64,000 nucleotides of DNA from Candidatus Nomurabacteria bacterium (GTDB taxonomy: Bacteria > Patescibacteriota > Minisyncoccia > Phycocordibacterales > UBA918), in contig JACKGF010000001.1 of assembly GCA_020632095.1 (NCBI GenBank), positions 262,549-326,548 on the forward strand, written 5' to 3'. Shown in pieces: positions 10,078-18,268 of this stretch. The notes beneath the pieces are model-generated. The model was given only the letters and a program-made list of their open reading frames with translations, had not been told where the DNA came from and did no database searches. Positions within the stretch are counted from its first letter, which is position 1, and each line of letters starts with the position of its first letter. The position numbers and the translations under genes are program-made.

Positions 10078-10518
10078 TTATTTTTTAATCACCTCGATTG
10101 TAAACTCGGCTTTTTGGTCAGCACTAACCAAACCAACCTGATGCTCCCCTACTGCTTTGATTGGACTGTTAACCTTAACCATTGCGAGGTCAAGTTTTAT
10201 ACCAGCAGCTGTAGCCGCCTCAACAATATCTTGCTCATGAACAGCTTTAAAAGAGTGTCCCTTTTCATTCACTTCAATTGCAATCTGAACTTTTTTTTCA
10301 GAAAGAGCAACCTTAGCTGCTTCAAACTTATCATTATCGGCTGATTTGCTTGACGCAATCTCAGCTTGAAACTTTTCAATCTTCTTCAGATTAGCTGGAC
10401 TTGCCTGTTCAGCCATCTTTTTCGGAATAAGTTTGTTTAGTGCGTAACCGTCAGGAACCTCAACTACTGTATAACGACGACCAATCTTGGCCACATCTTG
10501 CAAAAGAATTACTTTCAT
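10078..10518 (-). CDS. rplI: 50S ribosomal protein L9
   Basis: Starts MKVILLQDVAKIGRRYTVVEVPDGYALNKLIP, the L9 N-domain. Confidence 0.85.
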   Translation of the reverse strand: MKVILLQDVAKIGRRYTVVEVPDGYALNKLIPKKMAEQASPANLKKIEKFQAEIASSKSADNDKFEAAKVALSEKKVQIAIEVNEKGHSFKAVHEQDIVEAATAAGIKLDLAMVKVNSPIKAVGEHQVGLVSADQKAEFTIEVIKK

Positions 10519-10589
10519 ATCTTAAAATTAGCTACCATAAACTGTACACCTATTTGTATAAAGTGTGACTATCATAACAAAACTTAATC

Positions 10590-11930
10590 TTATTCTCCAG
10601 TATTTTGCTGGTTAGTTTCATCAGCCACTACTTTATCTTCAAAACTCTCACTCACTACTTTTTTACCATTAAGAAAATCAATTGCTGCATCTTTTTGTGG
10701 ATCGATATCAGCTATTCGATTCTCTTGCGTTCGAGTAATTTTGATATCTGGAGCCAGACCACCATTTGAGATAGAAGTGCCGTTTGGAGTCAACCATCTA
10801 GCCACAGTAACCTTTAATGACGAACCATCACCAAGCTTGACCAACTCCTGTACTGAACCCTTACCGAAAGTCTGAGTTCCAATAATTGTGGCTACACCAT
10901 GATCCTTCAAGGCACCGGCCAAAATTTCAGAAGCTGAAGCTGAACCGCCATCAACTAACACTACTAGATTCTTAGGCGTGAACTCCTGTACTTGCCGACC
11001 TCGACTGCGCATCACATCGTTTTGACTACTATTGTCACTAAACTTTTCTTGTACTACAACCTTACCAGATGGAAGGAAGTGACCTGCAATCGCAACCGCG
11101 CTTTGCAAGTATCCGCCTGGATTACCCCGCACGTCAATCACCAACTTATCTGCACCGCTTTCTAAGTACTTAAGTACTGCTTGTTGAACCTGTTCTTCTG
11201 ACACAGCATTAAAGCTATAAAGAGCAATGATGAAGGTTTTTCCAATTTGTTCAGTTTTAACGGTTGGAATATTAATAGTGTCGCGAGTAACCGGAATATC
11301 TAAGAAACCAGACTCGCCTTCACGATATACCTGTAGATTAACCACCGTTCCTTTTTCTCCACGAATCATGCGCACTGCTTCATCAATACGCATTTTTTCG
11401 GTAGTGGTATCATCAATTTTAACCACCACGTCACCAGCCATAATACCAGCCTTTTCGGCTGGAGTGTCTGGCAAAGGAGAAATAACCGTTACCATTCCCT
11501 CCCGCAGACCAACTTCCATTCCAACCCCGCTAAAATTACCGGCAATATCAGCGTCGAAAGCAGCTGCGTCAGCTGGTGGGAAATAAACTGTGTACGGATC
11601 GCCGTACGAACTAACCAAGCCATCAATTGCACCTTGAATTTTCTCTTCGGCACTTAAAGAGTCGGTTGAACTACTTTGTGAGAATTTTTCATCTAGCAAG
11701 TCCCACACTTTCCAAAACTCAGTTAGATCAGCCTTGGTACTTTCTCTTTCTGGCTCAGCTGCGAAAAGACTAAAGATACTAGCAGGCTGGGTTTCTGAAG
11801 AAACTCCCTGTCCAATTTGTAGACCAGAGAAAAATGCACCCAATGCAAAACAAAAGGCTAAGAAATAACCTAAACCGCGCTTAGACTTTCTTAAAGGAAC
11901 AGAAAATCCAGAATCTAAATTTTGTGACAT
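10590..11930 (-). CDS. ctp: carboxyl-terminal processing protease (S41 family, Ctp/Prc-like)
   Basis: PDZ domain plus S41 catalytic region (GNPGGYL, TASASEILAGAL). Start placed at internal MSQNLD (11930) followed by a transmembrane segment. The longer ORF to 12047 would overlap the divergent cysS start. Confidence 0.7.
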   Translation of the reverse strand: MSQNLDSGFSVPLRKSKRGLGYFLAFCFALGAFFSGLQIGQGVSSETQPASIFSLFAAEPERESTKADLTEFWKVWDLLDEKFSQSSSTDSLSAEEKIQGAIDGLVSSYGDPYTVYFPPADAAAFDADIAGNFSGVGMEVGLREGMVTVISPLPDTPAEKAGIMAGDVVVKIDDTTTEKMRIDEAVRMIRGEKGTVVNLQVYREGESGFLDIPVTRDTINIPTVKTEQIGKTFIIALYSFNAVSEEQVQQAVLKYLESGADKLVIDVRGNPGGYLQSAVAIAGHFLPSGKVVVQEKFSDNSSQNDVMRSRGRQVQEFTPKNLVVLVDGGSASASEILAGALKDHGVATIIGTQTFGKGSVQELVKLGDGSSLKVTVARWLTPNGTSISNGGLAPDIKITRTQENRIADIDPQKDAAIDFLNGKKVVSESFEDKVVADETNQQNTGE

Positions 11931-12008
11931 CTGAACATTATTACACAGTATATCCGAGAGCCAAAATAGTTGCTGGTAGTAGCGAAACTTTGGTACACTA
12001 TATAAGTA

Positions 12009-13463
12009 ATGTTTACTCAAATTTTTGGCAAAAAAACACCCGTTCATGTGCGTGATATAAAGTTATATAACACTGAATCCAGCAAAATCGAAACCTTTGA
12101 ACCACTTAACACCAATGAGGTAAAGATGTATAGCTGTGGACCAACGGTTTATGATTATGCTCATATCGGCAATTTACGTGCTTATGTATTCTCAGACATT
12201 CTAAAACGCGTTTTGATTCACAATGGCTACCTAGTTAAGAACACTATTAATATCACTGACTTCGGACACCTAACTGACGATGGTGATGCTGGTGAAGACA
12301 AAATGATGAAGGGACTGAAGCGCGATGGCCTGCCAATTACCCTCGACGCCATGCGACAACTTTCCGACCGCTACATCAAAGCCTTCAAAAACGACATTGA
12401 GGAATTAAGAATCCTTCCCCCTACCAACTGGGCCCGTGCTAGTGATTATATTAAAAAGCAGATTAGCTTGATTAAAACTCTCGAAGAAAAAGGCTTTGCT
12501 TACGAAACCAGCGATGGCCTGTATTTTGATATCGCCAAATTCCCCAAATATGGCCGCCTGGGCAAAATAGACCTAAAAAAACTAAAAAGTGGTGCTCGAC
12601 TGGAGATTAATACCGAAAAAAAGCACCCAGCTGACTTTGCTATCTGGAAAAAAGGTTCACTGGGTTGGGAAAGTCGCTGGGGTACTGGTTTCCCTGGCTG
12701 GCATATTGAATGTTCCGCTATGGCGATGGACACTCTTGGTAAGCAGATTGACATTCACACTGGAGGGATTGACCATATACCAATCCACCACAACGCAGAA
12801 ATTGCTCAATCAGAAGCTGCTACTGGCAAAAAATTTGTTAAATATTGGCTACATGGTGCATTCTTGACCATTGATAGTACTAAAGTTTCCAAATCACTCG
12901 GTAACACTATTACTATGCGCCACCTGATGGACCGAGGCTTTTCTGGCGATGATTATCGTTATTGGCTACTAACCGCTCACTATCGCTCGACTGTAAACTT
13001 CTCTTGGGACGCTCTTAAAGCTGCCAAACAAGCTCTTTTCCGCCTTAAGCGCTATGTCTACGAGGAATACAAACAAAAGACCGCCACACCCGACACTACT
13101 TACCTAGAAAAATTTGACGAAAAAATTGCCAACGACCTAGACACCCCGGGCGCTATCGCGGTCTTGTGGGACATGATTAAAGACGATTCGCTCGATAATA
13201 AAACCAAGTGCGGAACATTAATGGCGATGGATGAAATACTCGACATCGGACTATCTGACAACCTCTACGAAGGTGTCCGGTCACTAGGAGTCATCGCTAC
13301 GGATGAACTCCCAGAAAAAATCCAAGAACTAATAGACCGCCGCGAAGCCGCCCGAATCGCCTGCAACTGGACCGAAGCCGACCTCCTCCGCGACGCCATC
13401 AAACTAAAAGGCTACGACCTAGAAGACACAACTCACGGCCCAAAGGTGACGAAGGTTGAATAG
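12009..13463 (+). CDS. cysS: cysteine--tRNA ligase
   Basis: MYSCGPTVYDYAHIGNL (HIGH region), KMSKS-like KVSKSLGN, and a C-terminal DALR-like domain. Confidence 0.9.
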   Translation: MFTQIFGKKTPVHVRDIKLYNTESSKIETFEPLNTNEVKMYSCGPTVYDYAHIGNLRAYVFSDILKRVLIHNGYLVKNTINITDFGHLTDDGDAGEDKMMKGLKRDGLPITLDAMRQLSDRYIKAFKNDIEELRILPPTNWARASDYIKKQISLIKTLEEKGFAYETSDGLYFDIAKFPKYGRLGKIDLKKLKSGARLEINTEKKHPADFAIWKKGSLGWESRWGTGFPGWHIECSAMAMDTLGKQIDIHTGGIDHIPIHHNAEIAQSEAATGKKFVKYWLHGAFLTIDSTKVSKSLGNTITMRHLMDRGFSGDDYRYWLLTAHYRSTVNFSWDALKAAKQALFRLKRYVYEEYKQKTATPDTTYLEKFDEKIANDLDTPGAIAVLWDMIKDDSLDNKTKCGTLMAMDEILDIGLSDNLYEGVRSLGVIATDELPEKIQELIDRREAARIACNWTEADLLRDAIKLKGYDLEDTTHGPKVTKVE

Positions 13464-13548
13464 TTAACATTACTATATAGCTTAAAAAACGAAAAAGCCT
13501 CACGATGAAGCTATGAAACTTCTCCGTTGAGGCTTGTTTACTTTTGTC

Positions 13549-13569
13549 TCCGAAGGGTGGCCCTTCGGA
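13549..13569. repeat. palindromic hairpin repeat, copy 1 (TCCGAAGGG tgg CCCTTCGGA)
   Basis: Same 21-nt palindrome recurs at 13632 and 13889. Confidence 0.7.
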
Positions 13570-13631
13570 AAAAAACCCAAAATATCGGACTTATCCTCAT
13601 TAGTACCGTATTACGTGGCGTAAAGTAGTCT

Positions 13632-13651
13632 TCCGAAGGGTGGCCCTTCGG
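13632..13651. repeat. palindromic hairpin repeat, copy 2
   Basis: TCCGAAGGG tgg CCCTTCGG. Confidence 0.7.
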
Positions 13652-13654
13652 CTA

Positions 13655-13701
13655 AGGGGATACGTCCGTTATTTTTGCTATTTGTGTGTTCTAATATTTA
13701 A
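13655..13701. repeat. conserved intergenic motif AGGGGATAcGTCCGTTATTTTtGCTATTT...GTGTGtTcTAATATTTAac
   Basis: Near-identical 28-nt core recurs at 54833..54860 with a weaker third copy at 54930..54958. The tail GTGTG..TAATATTTA also recurs at 54896..54914. Confidence 0.6.
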
Positions 13702-13885
13702 CCTAAATTGGGCCTGTTCCTATGTTTAAAACACCAACTGACTCAACTGCTTTTGCTACTCGGTCATTACAGAAATACACGTAAGTTGTTTTCCCTTCCC
13801 GTTCGCTAACTCCTGTTACAGCGTGTGCATACTCAACCGGCACTTCCAGCTTTCTAAACCCCAGCTTGTCCAATAATATATGATA

Positions 13886-13912
13886 GTCTCCGAAGGGTGG
13901 CCCTTCGGAGAC
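13886..13912. repeat. palindromic hairpin repeat, copy 3 (extended 12-bp stem GTCTCCGAAGGG tgg CCCTTCGGAGAC)
   Basis: Perfect palindrome. Confidence 0.7.
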
Positions 13913-13926
13913 TCTTCTAAATACCT

Positions 13927-14190
13927 TTATCTCGCATCAACGGAAAACACTAGGCCACAAGCAACTAGAACTATCATTAGTACCGGCAACGCGCCCAGCA
14001 CAAGAAACGTTCTACTTGGCTTTCTTTTAAAATATCGAACCAGACCAGCAATAATAAAACCAACACTGACTATGAGCACCAGAGGAGTATAAAAGACGTG
14101 CCAAAATACAAGCCACGGTTGACCAAGATTAACAACTTGTTTAATTTCAAGTGGCATATCACTGAACGACATATTGGTCCTGTAATGCAA
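13927..14190 (-). CDS. small two-TM membrane protein, hypothetical
   Basis: 87-aa ORF with two hydrophobic helices; no recognisable family. Confidence 0.3.
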   Translation of the reverse strand: MHYRTNMSFSDMPLEIKQVVNLGQPWLVFWHVFYTPLVLIVSVGFIIAGLVRYFKRKPSRTFLVLGALPVLMIVLVACGLVFSVDAR

Positions 14191-14313
14191 ATATGCTAAT
14201 ACTAAGTTGCCAGCATATATGACACTAAAATAAATAATTCGATTCTTTGTTTTTGAAAAAAATTCTTACATAAAATTATTTTGTTTAAATTAGTAATCGT
14301 TAGGAATAAACAT

Positions 14314-14353
14314 AATTAACAACCCAGGGGTAGAACCCCTGGGTTGTTAATTA
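14314..14353. repeat. solo copy of IS200/IS605-type terminal hairpin (PATE-like), 15-bp stem
   Basis: TTAACAACCCAGGGG tagaa CCCCTGGGTTGTTAA. The 29-nt core ATTAACAACCCAGGGGTAGAACCCCTGGG is identical to the subterminal hairpin of the IS at 22524..22552. Confidence 0.55.
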
Positions 14354-14539
14354 AAGTGGCCCCAAAATAAACAAACAGAAGAATAGTCCGTATATAGAAA
14401 TAATGACTATATTATTAGATGCGTTGGCAATAAAATTCATAATTTAATACTACAGCAACACTATCCCCTCTCTCCCCACCACTGTGCAAAACCGCTAAAA
14501 ATCCCCAAAGTGCATTTTGTGCTAAAATGCTGATTACTT

Positions 14540-15922
14540 ATGTCTGAACACAATCGCGCGCTACGCACTCCCCCACAAAACGTCGATGCTGAAAAAGCCC
14601 TTTTAGGTGCGATTATCCTTAAGCCGGACGTTATGCACGACATCTCTGTGACAGTGTATCCAGAAAGCTTCTACGCCGACAAACACCGCGCCATTTTTGA
14701 TGCTATTCAAAAGATTTTTTCTAAAGGCGACCCAATTGACTTGGTCTCTGTTGTTACAAAATTAAAAGATATGAGCCAACTAGACCGAGTTGGCGGAGCC
14801 GCTTACATCACCGAACTAATCGAAACCGTCCCAGCCGCTGGGAATGCAATGTATTATTCTACCCAAGTACAAGACAAGGCGGTACTCCGCAACCTAATCC
14901 ACGCTGCTGATGATATTGCCGAGATTGGTTACTCCGACCCTGAAACCGTCGACGAGGCCTTGGACCAAGCCGAGAAAAAGATTTTTCAAGCTACCCAAGC
15001 TCCCTCTTCACAAAAATTCCGTCCGATTGGTAGTGCTTTAACCGAAGCTTGGGAAAGGTTTGAACACCTAACCGAAAACCCTCAAGATAAGCGTGGCGTT
15101 CAATCAGGCTTTACTGCTCTTGATAATGTTTTAGCTGGTTTCCAAAAATCCGACCTAATCATTTTGGCGGCTAGGCCGTCCATGGGTAAAACTACTTTCG
15201 CTCTCGACATTGCCCGTAACGCCGCTCTCTTGCACGGAGCTTCAGTGGGAATCTTTTCACTCGAAATGAGCGACCAACAGTTGGTCGACCGTATGTTGGC
15301 GGCTGAGTCTGGGGTTGATTCATGGAAGCTCCGCACTGGCCGACTTTCCAACGACCAAGAATACGAATCCTTGCAACAAGCGATGCAAAAGCTGCACAAA
15401 GCCCCAATTCACATTATTGACGAGGCAGCGATGAATATTGTGAAAATGCGTTCAGCTGCTCGCCGTCTTAAGAATGAGCATGGTCTAGATATGCTGATTG
15501 TGGACTACCTTCAGCTCATGTCTCCAACCCTGACCAAAGGTAGCGATTCGATGGTGCAACAAATCACTGAGATTTCCCGCTCACTCAAGATTCTGGCTAA
15601 GGAATTGGAGATTCCAGTTATTGCCCTCTCTCAGCTATCTCGTGCCGTTGAGCAACGTGGTGGTAAACCCCGACTGTCTGACCTCCGCGACTCCGGTTCA
15701 ATTGAGCAGGACGCTGACGTAGTTATGTTTATTCACCGTGAGGACAAGATGAACCGCGACAAAGAAGCCGAACGACCAAACATCGCCGAGATTATGATTG
15801 AAAAACACCGAAACGGTGCCGTCGGCCACTGCGAACTCTACTTCGACGGCGAACACGTCCGCTTCCTCAACCTAGACACCCACCACACCGCCGCCAGTGT
15901 GGGTGGAGGAGACGACTTTTGA
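14540..15922 (+). CDS. dnaB: replicative DNA helicase
   Basis: N-terminal DnaB domain (NVDAEKALLGAIIL). Walker A GARPSMGKT, Walker B LIVDYLQLM, and a RecA-like C-terminal domain. Confidence 0.9.
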   Translation: MSEHNRALRTPPQNVDAEKALLGAIILKPDVMHDISVTVYPESFYADKHRAIFDAIQKIFSKGDPIDLVSVVTKLKDMSQLDRVGGAAYITELIETVPAAGNAMYYSTQVQDKAVLRNLIHAADDIAEIGYSDPETVDEALDQAEKKIFQATQAPSSQKFRPIGSALTEAWERFEHLTENPQDKRGVQSGFTALDNVLAGFQKSDLIILAARPSMGKTTFALDIARNAALLHGASVGIFSLEMSDQQLVDRMLAAESGVDSWKLRTGRLSNDQEYESLQQAMQKLHKAPIHIIDEAAMNIVKMRSAARRLKNEHGLDMLIVDYLQLMSPTLTKGSDSMVQQITEISRSLKILAKELEIPVIALSQLSRAVEQRGGKPRLSDLRDSGSIEQDADVVMFIHREDKMNRDKEAERPNIAEIMIEKHRNGAVGHCELYFDGEHVRFLNLDTHHTAASVGGGDDF

Positions 15923-16123
15923 GCAAAACAAGGAGAAGCAAAGCTTCGACTATGAATTTGCTTATGCAGACGCTTAGTCAGAATGCTGGAAAATAAGGAG
16001 CTTGCGACTATATTTTCTGTATGCATAGCTCAGACCTCCAAGGGAGATTATGACTGTAGCGGGCTGCCAACCCACCCGAATTAAATCACTTAAGTCTATT
16101 TATAGTGTTACAATGTCCTCTAA

Positions 16124-16741
16124 ATGAACAACCTGGATAAGCTAATTTCATACTTCGAGACTTTTCCTGGAGTAGGCGCGCGCCAAGCCAAGCGGTTTGC
16201 TTTTCATGTTTTAACCATGAATGAAGCTGATACGGCAGAATTAGCAAAACTGATTGCAAATCTCAATCAAAGCGTAACCGAATGCGCCAGCTGCCACCGC
16301 TTTTTCTCCACCAACAATTCTGCCACCACAGTGTGTACTATTTGCAATTCCAGCAACCGCGACCACAACCGACTGCTGGTAGTCGAGCGTGATTCTGATG
16401 TACTGGCAATTGAACGCGCTGGCGTTTACGATGGGTTGTATTTTGTTTTTGGCGGGACTGTTCCGCTACTAAGCAGTAAAGAAAACAACAAGCTCCGTGG
16501 CGGCGCGCTTAAGGCAACAATTGAGACTCGTATTCCGGAAGGACTAAGCGAAGTAATCATGGGCTTCTCCATCAACCCAGACGGAGAAAACACCACCCGC
16601 TTCATCGAGTCAATTATCGGCGAAATCACTAAAAGCCACGAAGTAACCATTTCCCATCTCGGCCGTGGTCTCTCCACCGGCAGCGAACTAGAATACGCCG
16701 ACGCCGAAACCATCAAAAACGCTTTAAAAAATAGAGCTTAA
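16124..16741 (+). CDS. recR: recombination protein RecR
   Basis: Helix-hairpin-helix FPGVGARQAKRFAFHV, C4 zinc finger CASCHRF...CTIC, Toprim domain. Confidence 0.85.
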   Translation: MNNLDKLISYFETFPGVGARQAKRFAFHVLTMNEADTAELAKLIANLNQSVTECASCHRFFSTNNSATTVCTICNSSNRDHNRLLVVERDSDVLAIERAGVYDGLYFVFGGTVPLLSSKENNKLRGGALKATIETRIPEGLSEVIMGFSINPDGENTTRFIESIIGEITKSHEVTISHLGRGLSTGSELEYADAETIKNALKNRA

Positions 16742-16790
16742 TTTCTTCACACTATTCCGTCAAAAGTCTCCCGTTTTCCATAAAAAGTTC

Positions 16791-16824
16791 AAAAAACCTT
16801 TAGGTTAACCTAAAGGTTTTTTGG
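16791..16824. terminator. rho-independent terminator after recR
   Basis: AAAAAACCTTTAGGTTAACCTAAAGGTTTTTTGG. Confidence 0.6.
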
Positions 16825-16992
16825 ACTTTTCATTATTAAAATGTAGAAAGCCCCCTGTGAAGGAGGCTCTTTGAAACCAAACTCATCATGAGTATGCTAC
16901 TTCTTAAGAAAAAGTGCCAGACCTACACTACCCATACCGGCGAAGGCTAAGTGCATTGCGACCTGCTCTTGAGTACCCCTTCCCATCATAAA

Positions 16993-17589
16993 ATCAACAA
17001 CCACCGCTAAAAGCGGTGGTATGAACTCCAGCCTAGAAGGCATAAATTATTAGTGGTTAATGTTAACCTTTAGAATCTCGTTCTTGTTGCCATTTCACAT
17101 ACTTTCGTATCTGTTCTTCATTCAGACCCACACTGGATACACAGTACCCACGACTCCACAGGTGTCTTCCCCAGTATCGTTTGGTCATGGTTTTTTGTTC
17201 TTGAAATAATTTGAGAGCAGTTTTTCCTTTCAGGTATCCCATCATATCTGAAATGGAGTATTTTGGTGGTATGGAGATTATCATGTGGACGTGATCTGGT
17301 TGGATATTTATTTCTTCAATCGTTACTTGGTCTTTTCTTCCACAGAGTTGGTAGAAGTAGTTTCGTACCAATACTTCGGCTTTTCCTTCTAGGATTTTAT
17401 ATCGATATTTAGGACAAAATACGATATGATAAGTACACAGCCATACGGTGTGTGACAATTTCTTATATTGTGTTTTCATAGCTTCAGTGCCTTCATCACT
17501 GAAGCTATGTTAATAGTACTAGATAGACTGGTGGAACCTTTTTTTTGATCACCACCGCCGGAGGCGGTGGTTTAGGCTGGCGCAATTAA
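16993..17589 (-). mobile_element. IS200/IS605-family element (tnpA only), copy A, about 597 bp
   Basis: Essentially identical to 47796..48392 (one mismatch seen). Imperfect palindromes at both ends (CACCGCTAAAAGCGGTG and CACCGCCGGAGGCGGTG), typical of IS200/IS605 ends. Confidence 0.8.
17063..17479 (-). CDS. tnpA: IS200/IS605-family Y1 (HUH) transposase TnpA
   Basis: 138 aa. HxH motif in DHVHMIISIPPKYS and a catalytic Tyr region; identical protein to 47866..48282. Confidence 0.85.
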   Translation of the reverse strand: MKTQYKKLSHTVWLCTYHIVFCPKYRYKILEGKAEVLVRNYFYQLCGRKDQVTIEEINIQPDHVHMIISIPPKYSISDMMGYLKGKTALKLFQEQKTMTKRYWGRHLWSRGYCVSSVGLNEEQIRKYVKWQQERDSKG

Positions 17590-17753
17590 TGCAGTCGGTT
17601 AGTGTGATTAATGAAAATCCAAAAACACACCCCAAAGTTGTCGATAGGACAGCAACCACAAAGAACAGATTACTCCAAGTAAGCCAAGTAAGCATAGAAG
17701 TCTCCAAATTTTAGATGATCCAAACAAGCCAAAGAAATTTAAACACAGGCAAC

Positions 17754-17780
17754 AAAAAACCGCAAGAATGCGGTTTTTTG
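17754..17780. terminator. bidirectional terminator downstream of rplU
   Basis: AAAAAACCGCAAGAATGCGGTTTTTTG. Confidence 0.55.
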
Positions 17781-17787
17781 AGCTTTG

Positions 17788-18120
17788 CTACTTAACTGAT
17801 TCAATCTTGATCTTAGCGTAGTGCTGTCGGTGTCCGATTCTTCGGTCACGGTTACTCTTTGCCTTGTATCGTACAATTGTCAGCTTCTTGCCCTTAGTGT
17901 CACCAAGGTGAGTTGCCTTAACCTTTGTACCAGTGTGTGGAGTACCAACCTTTGCAGTTGTACCATCGTCAGTCAATAATACAGTATCAAATTCGATAGA
18001 ATCTCCCTCTTTATAATCATGAAGAAGCTCAACCTCTAAAGTATCGCCTTCTCGTACCACATATTGCTTACCGCCGGTAGCGATCACTGCAAATGGGGTG
18101 CTGGTTGTTTCTGTTGCCAT
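17788..18120 (-). CDS. rplU: 50S ribosomal protein L21
   Basis: FAVIATGGKQYVVREGDTLEVE is the L21 N-terminus. Start placed at MATETT; the ORF track extends to 18138. Confidence 0.8.
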   Translation of the reverse strand: MATETTSTPFAVIATGGKQYVVREGDTLEVELLHDYKEGDSIEFDTVLLTDDGTTAKVGTPHTGTKVKATHLGDTKGKKLTIVRYKAKSNRDRRIGHRQHYAKIKIESVK

Positions 18121-18239
18121 AGTGCGGAGAGTATACAAGAATTCACAGTTTTTGCAATGTTTTGTATAACCCCAAAGCTGTTTCTATAATGCTATATCAC
18201 CCAACCAGATTTCAAAATAGTTTAAAAGCTAGATAAGGT

Positions 18240-18258
18240 GGGGAACCAGTGGTTCCCC
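18240..18258. terminator. hairpin GGGGAACCA gt GGTTCCCC downstream of the GC-rich gene
   Basis: Palindrome followed by a T-run on the minus strand. Confidence 0.45.
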
Positions 18259-18268
18259 GAAAGATGAA

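Noticed and set aside
10054-10344. Plus-strand 96-aa ORF overlapping rplI.
   Set aside because: Antisense to the well-supported L9 gene.
11931-12047. Longer Ctp start at 12047 overlapping the divergent cysS 5' end.
   Set aside because: The internal MSQNLD start immediately precedes the transmembrane anchor and avoids a 39-nt overlap with cysS. The extension MNGCFFAKNLSKHYLYSVPKF has no counterpart in S41 proteases.
14190-14540. Possible oriC upstream of dnaB.
   Set aside because: No cluster of DnaA boxes (TTATCCACA) or AT-rich 13-mers was seen. The only TTATCCACA in the window lies inside msrAB (about 26282). The region is better explained by an IS-end hairpin and the dnaB promoter (TGcTAAAAT extended -10 at about 14519).
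16894-16990. 30-aa hydrophobic peptide ORF (MMGRGTQEQVAMHLAFAGMGSVGLALFLKK) on the minus strand ending at the IS200 copy A left end. A similar 48-aa ORF at 17591..17735 runs into the IS right end.
   Set aside because: Too short, no RBS, and the frames continue into IS sequence. Most likely chance ORFs or remnants of disrupted genes; not supportable as features.
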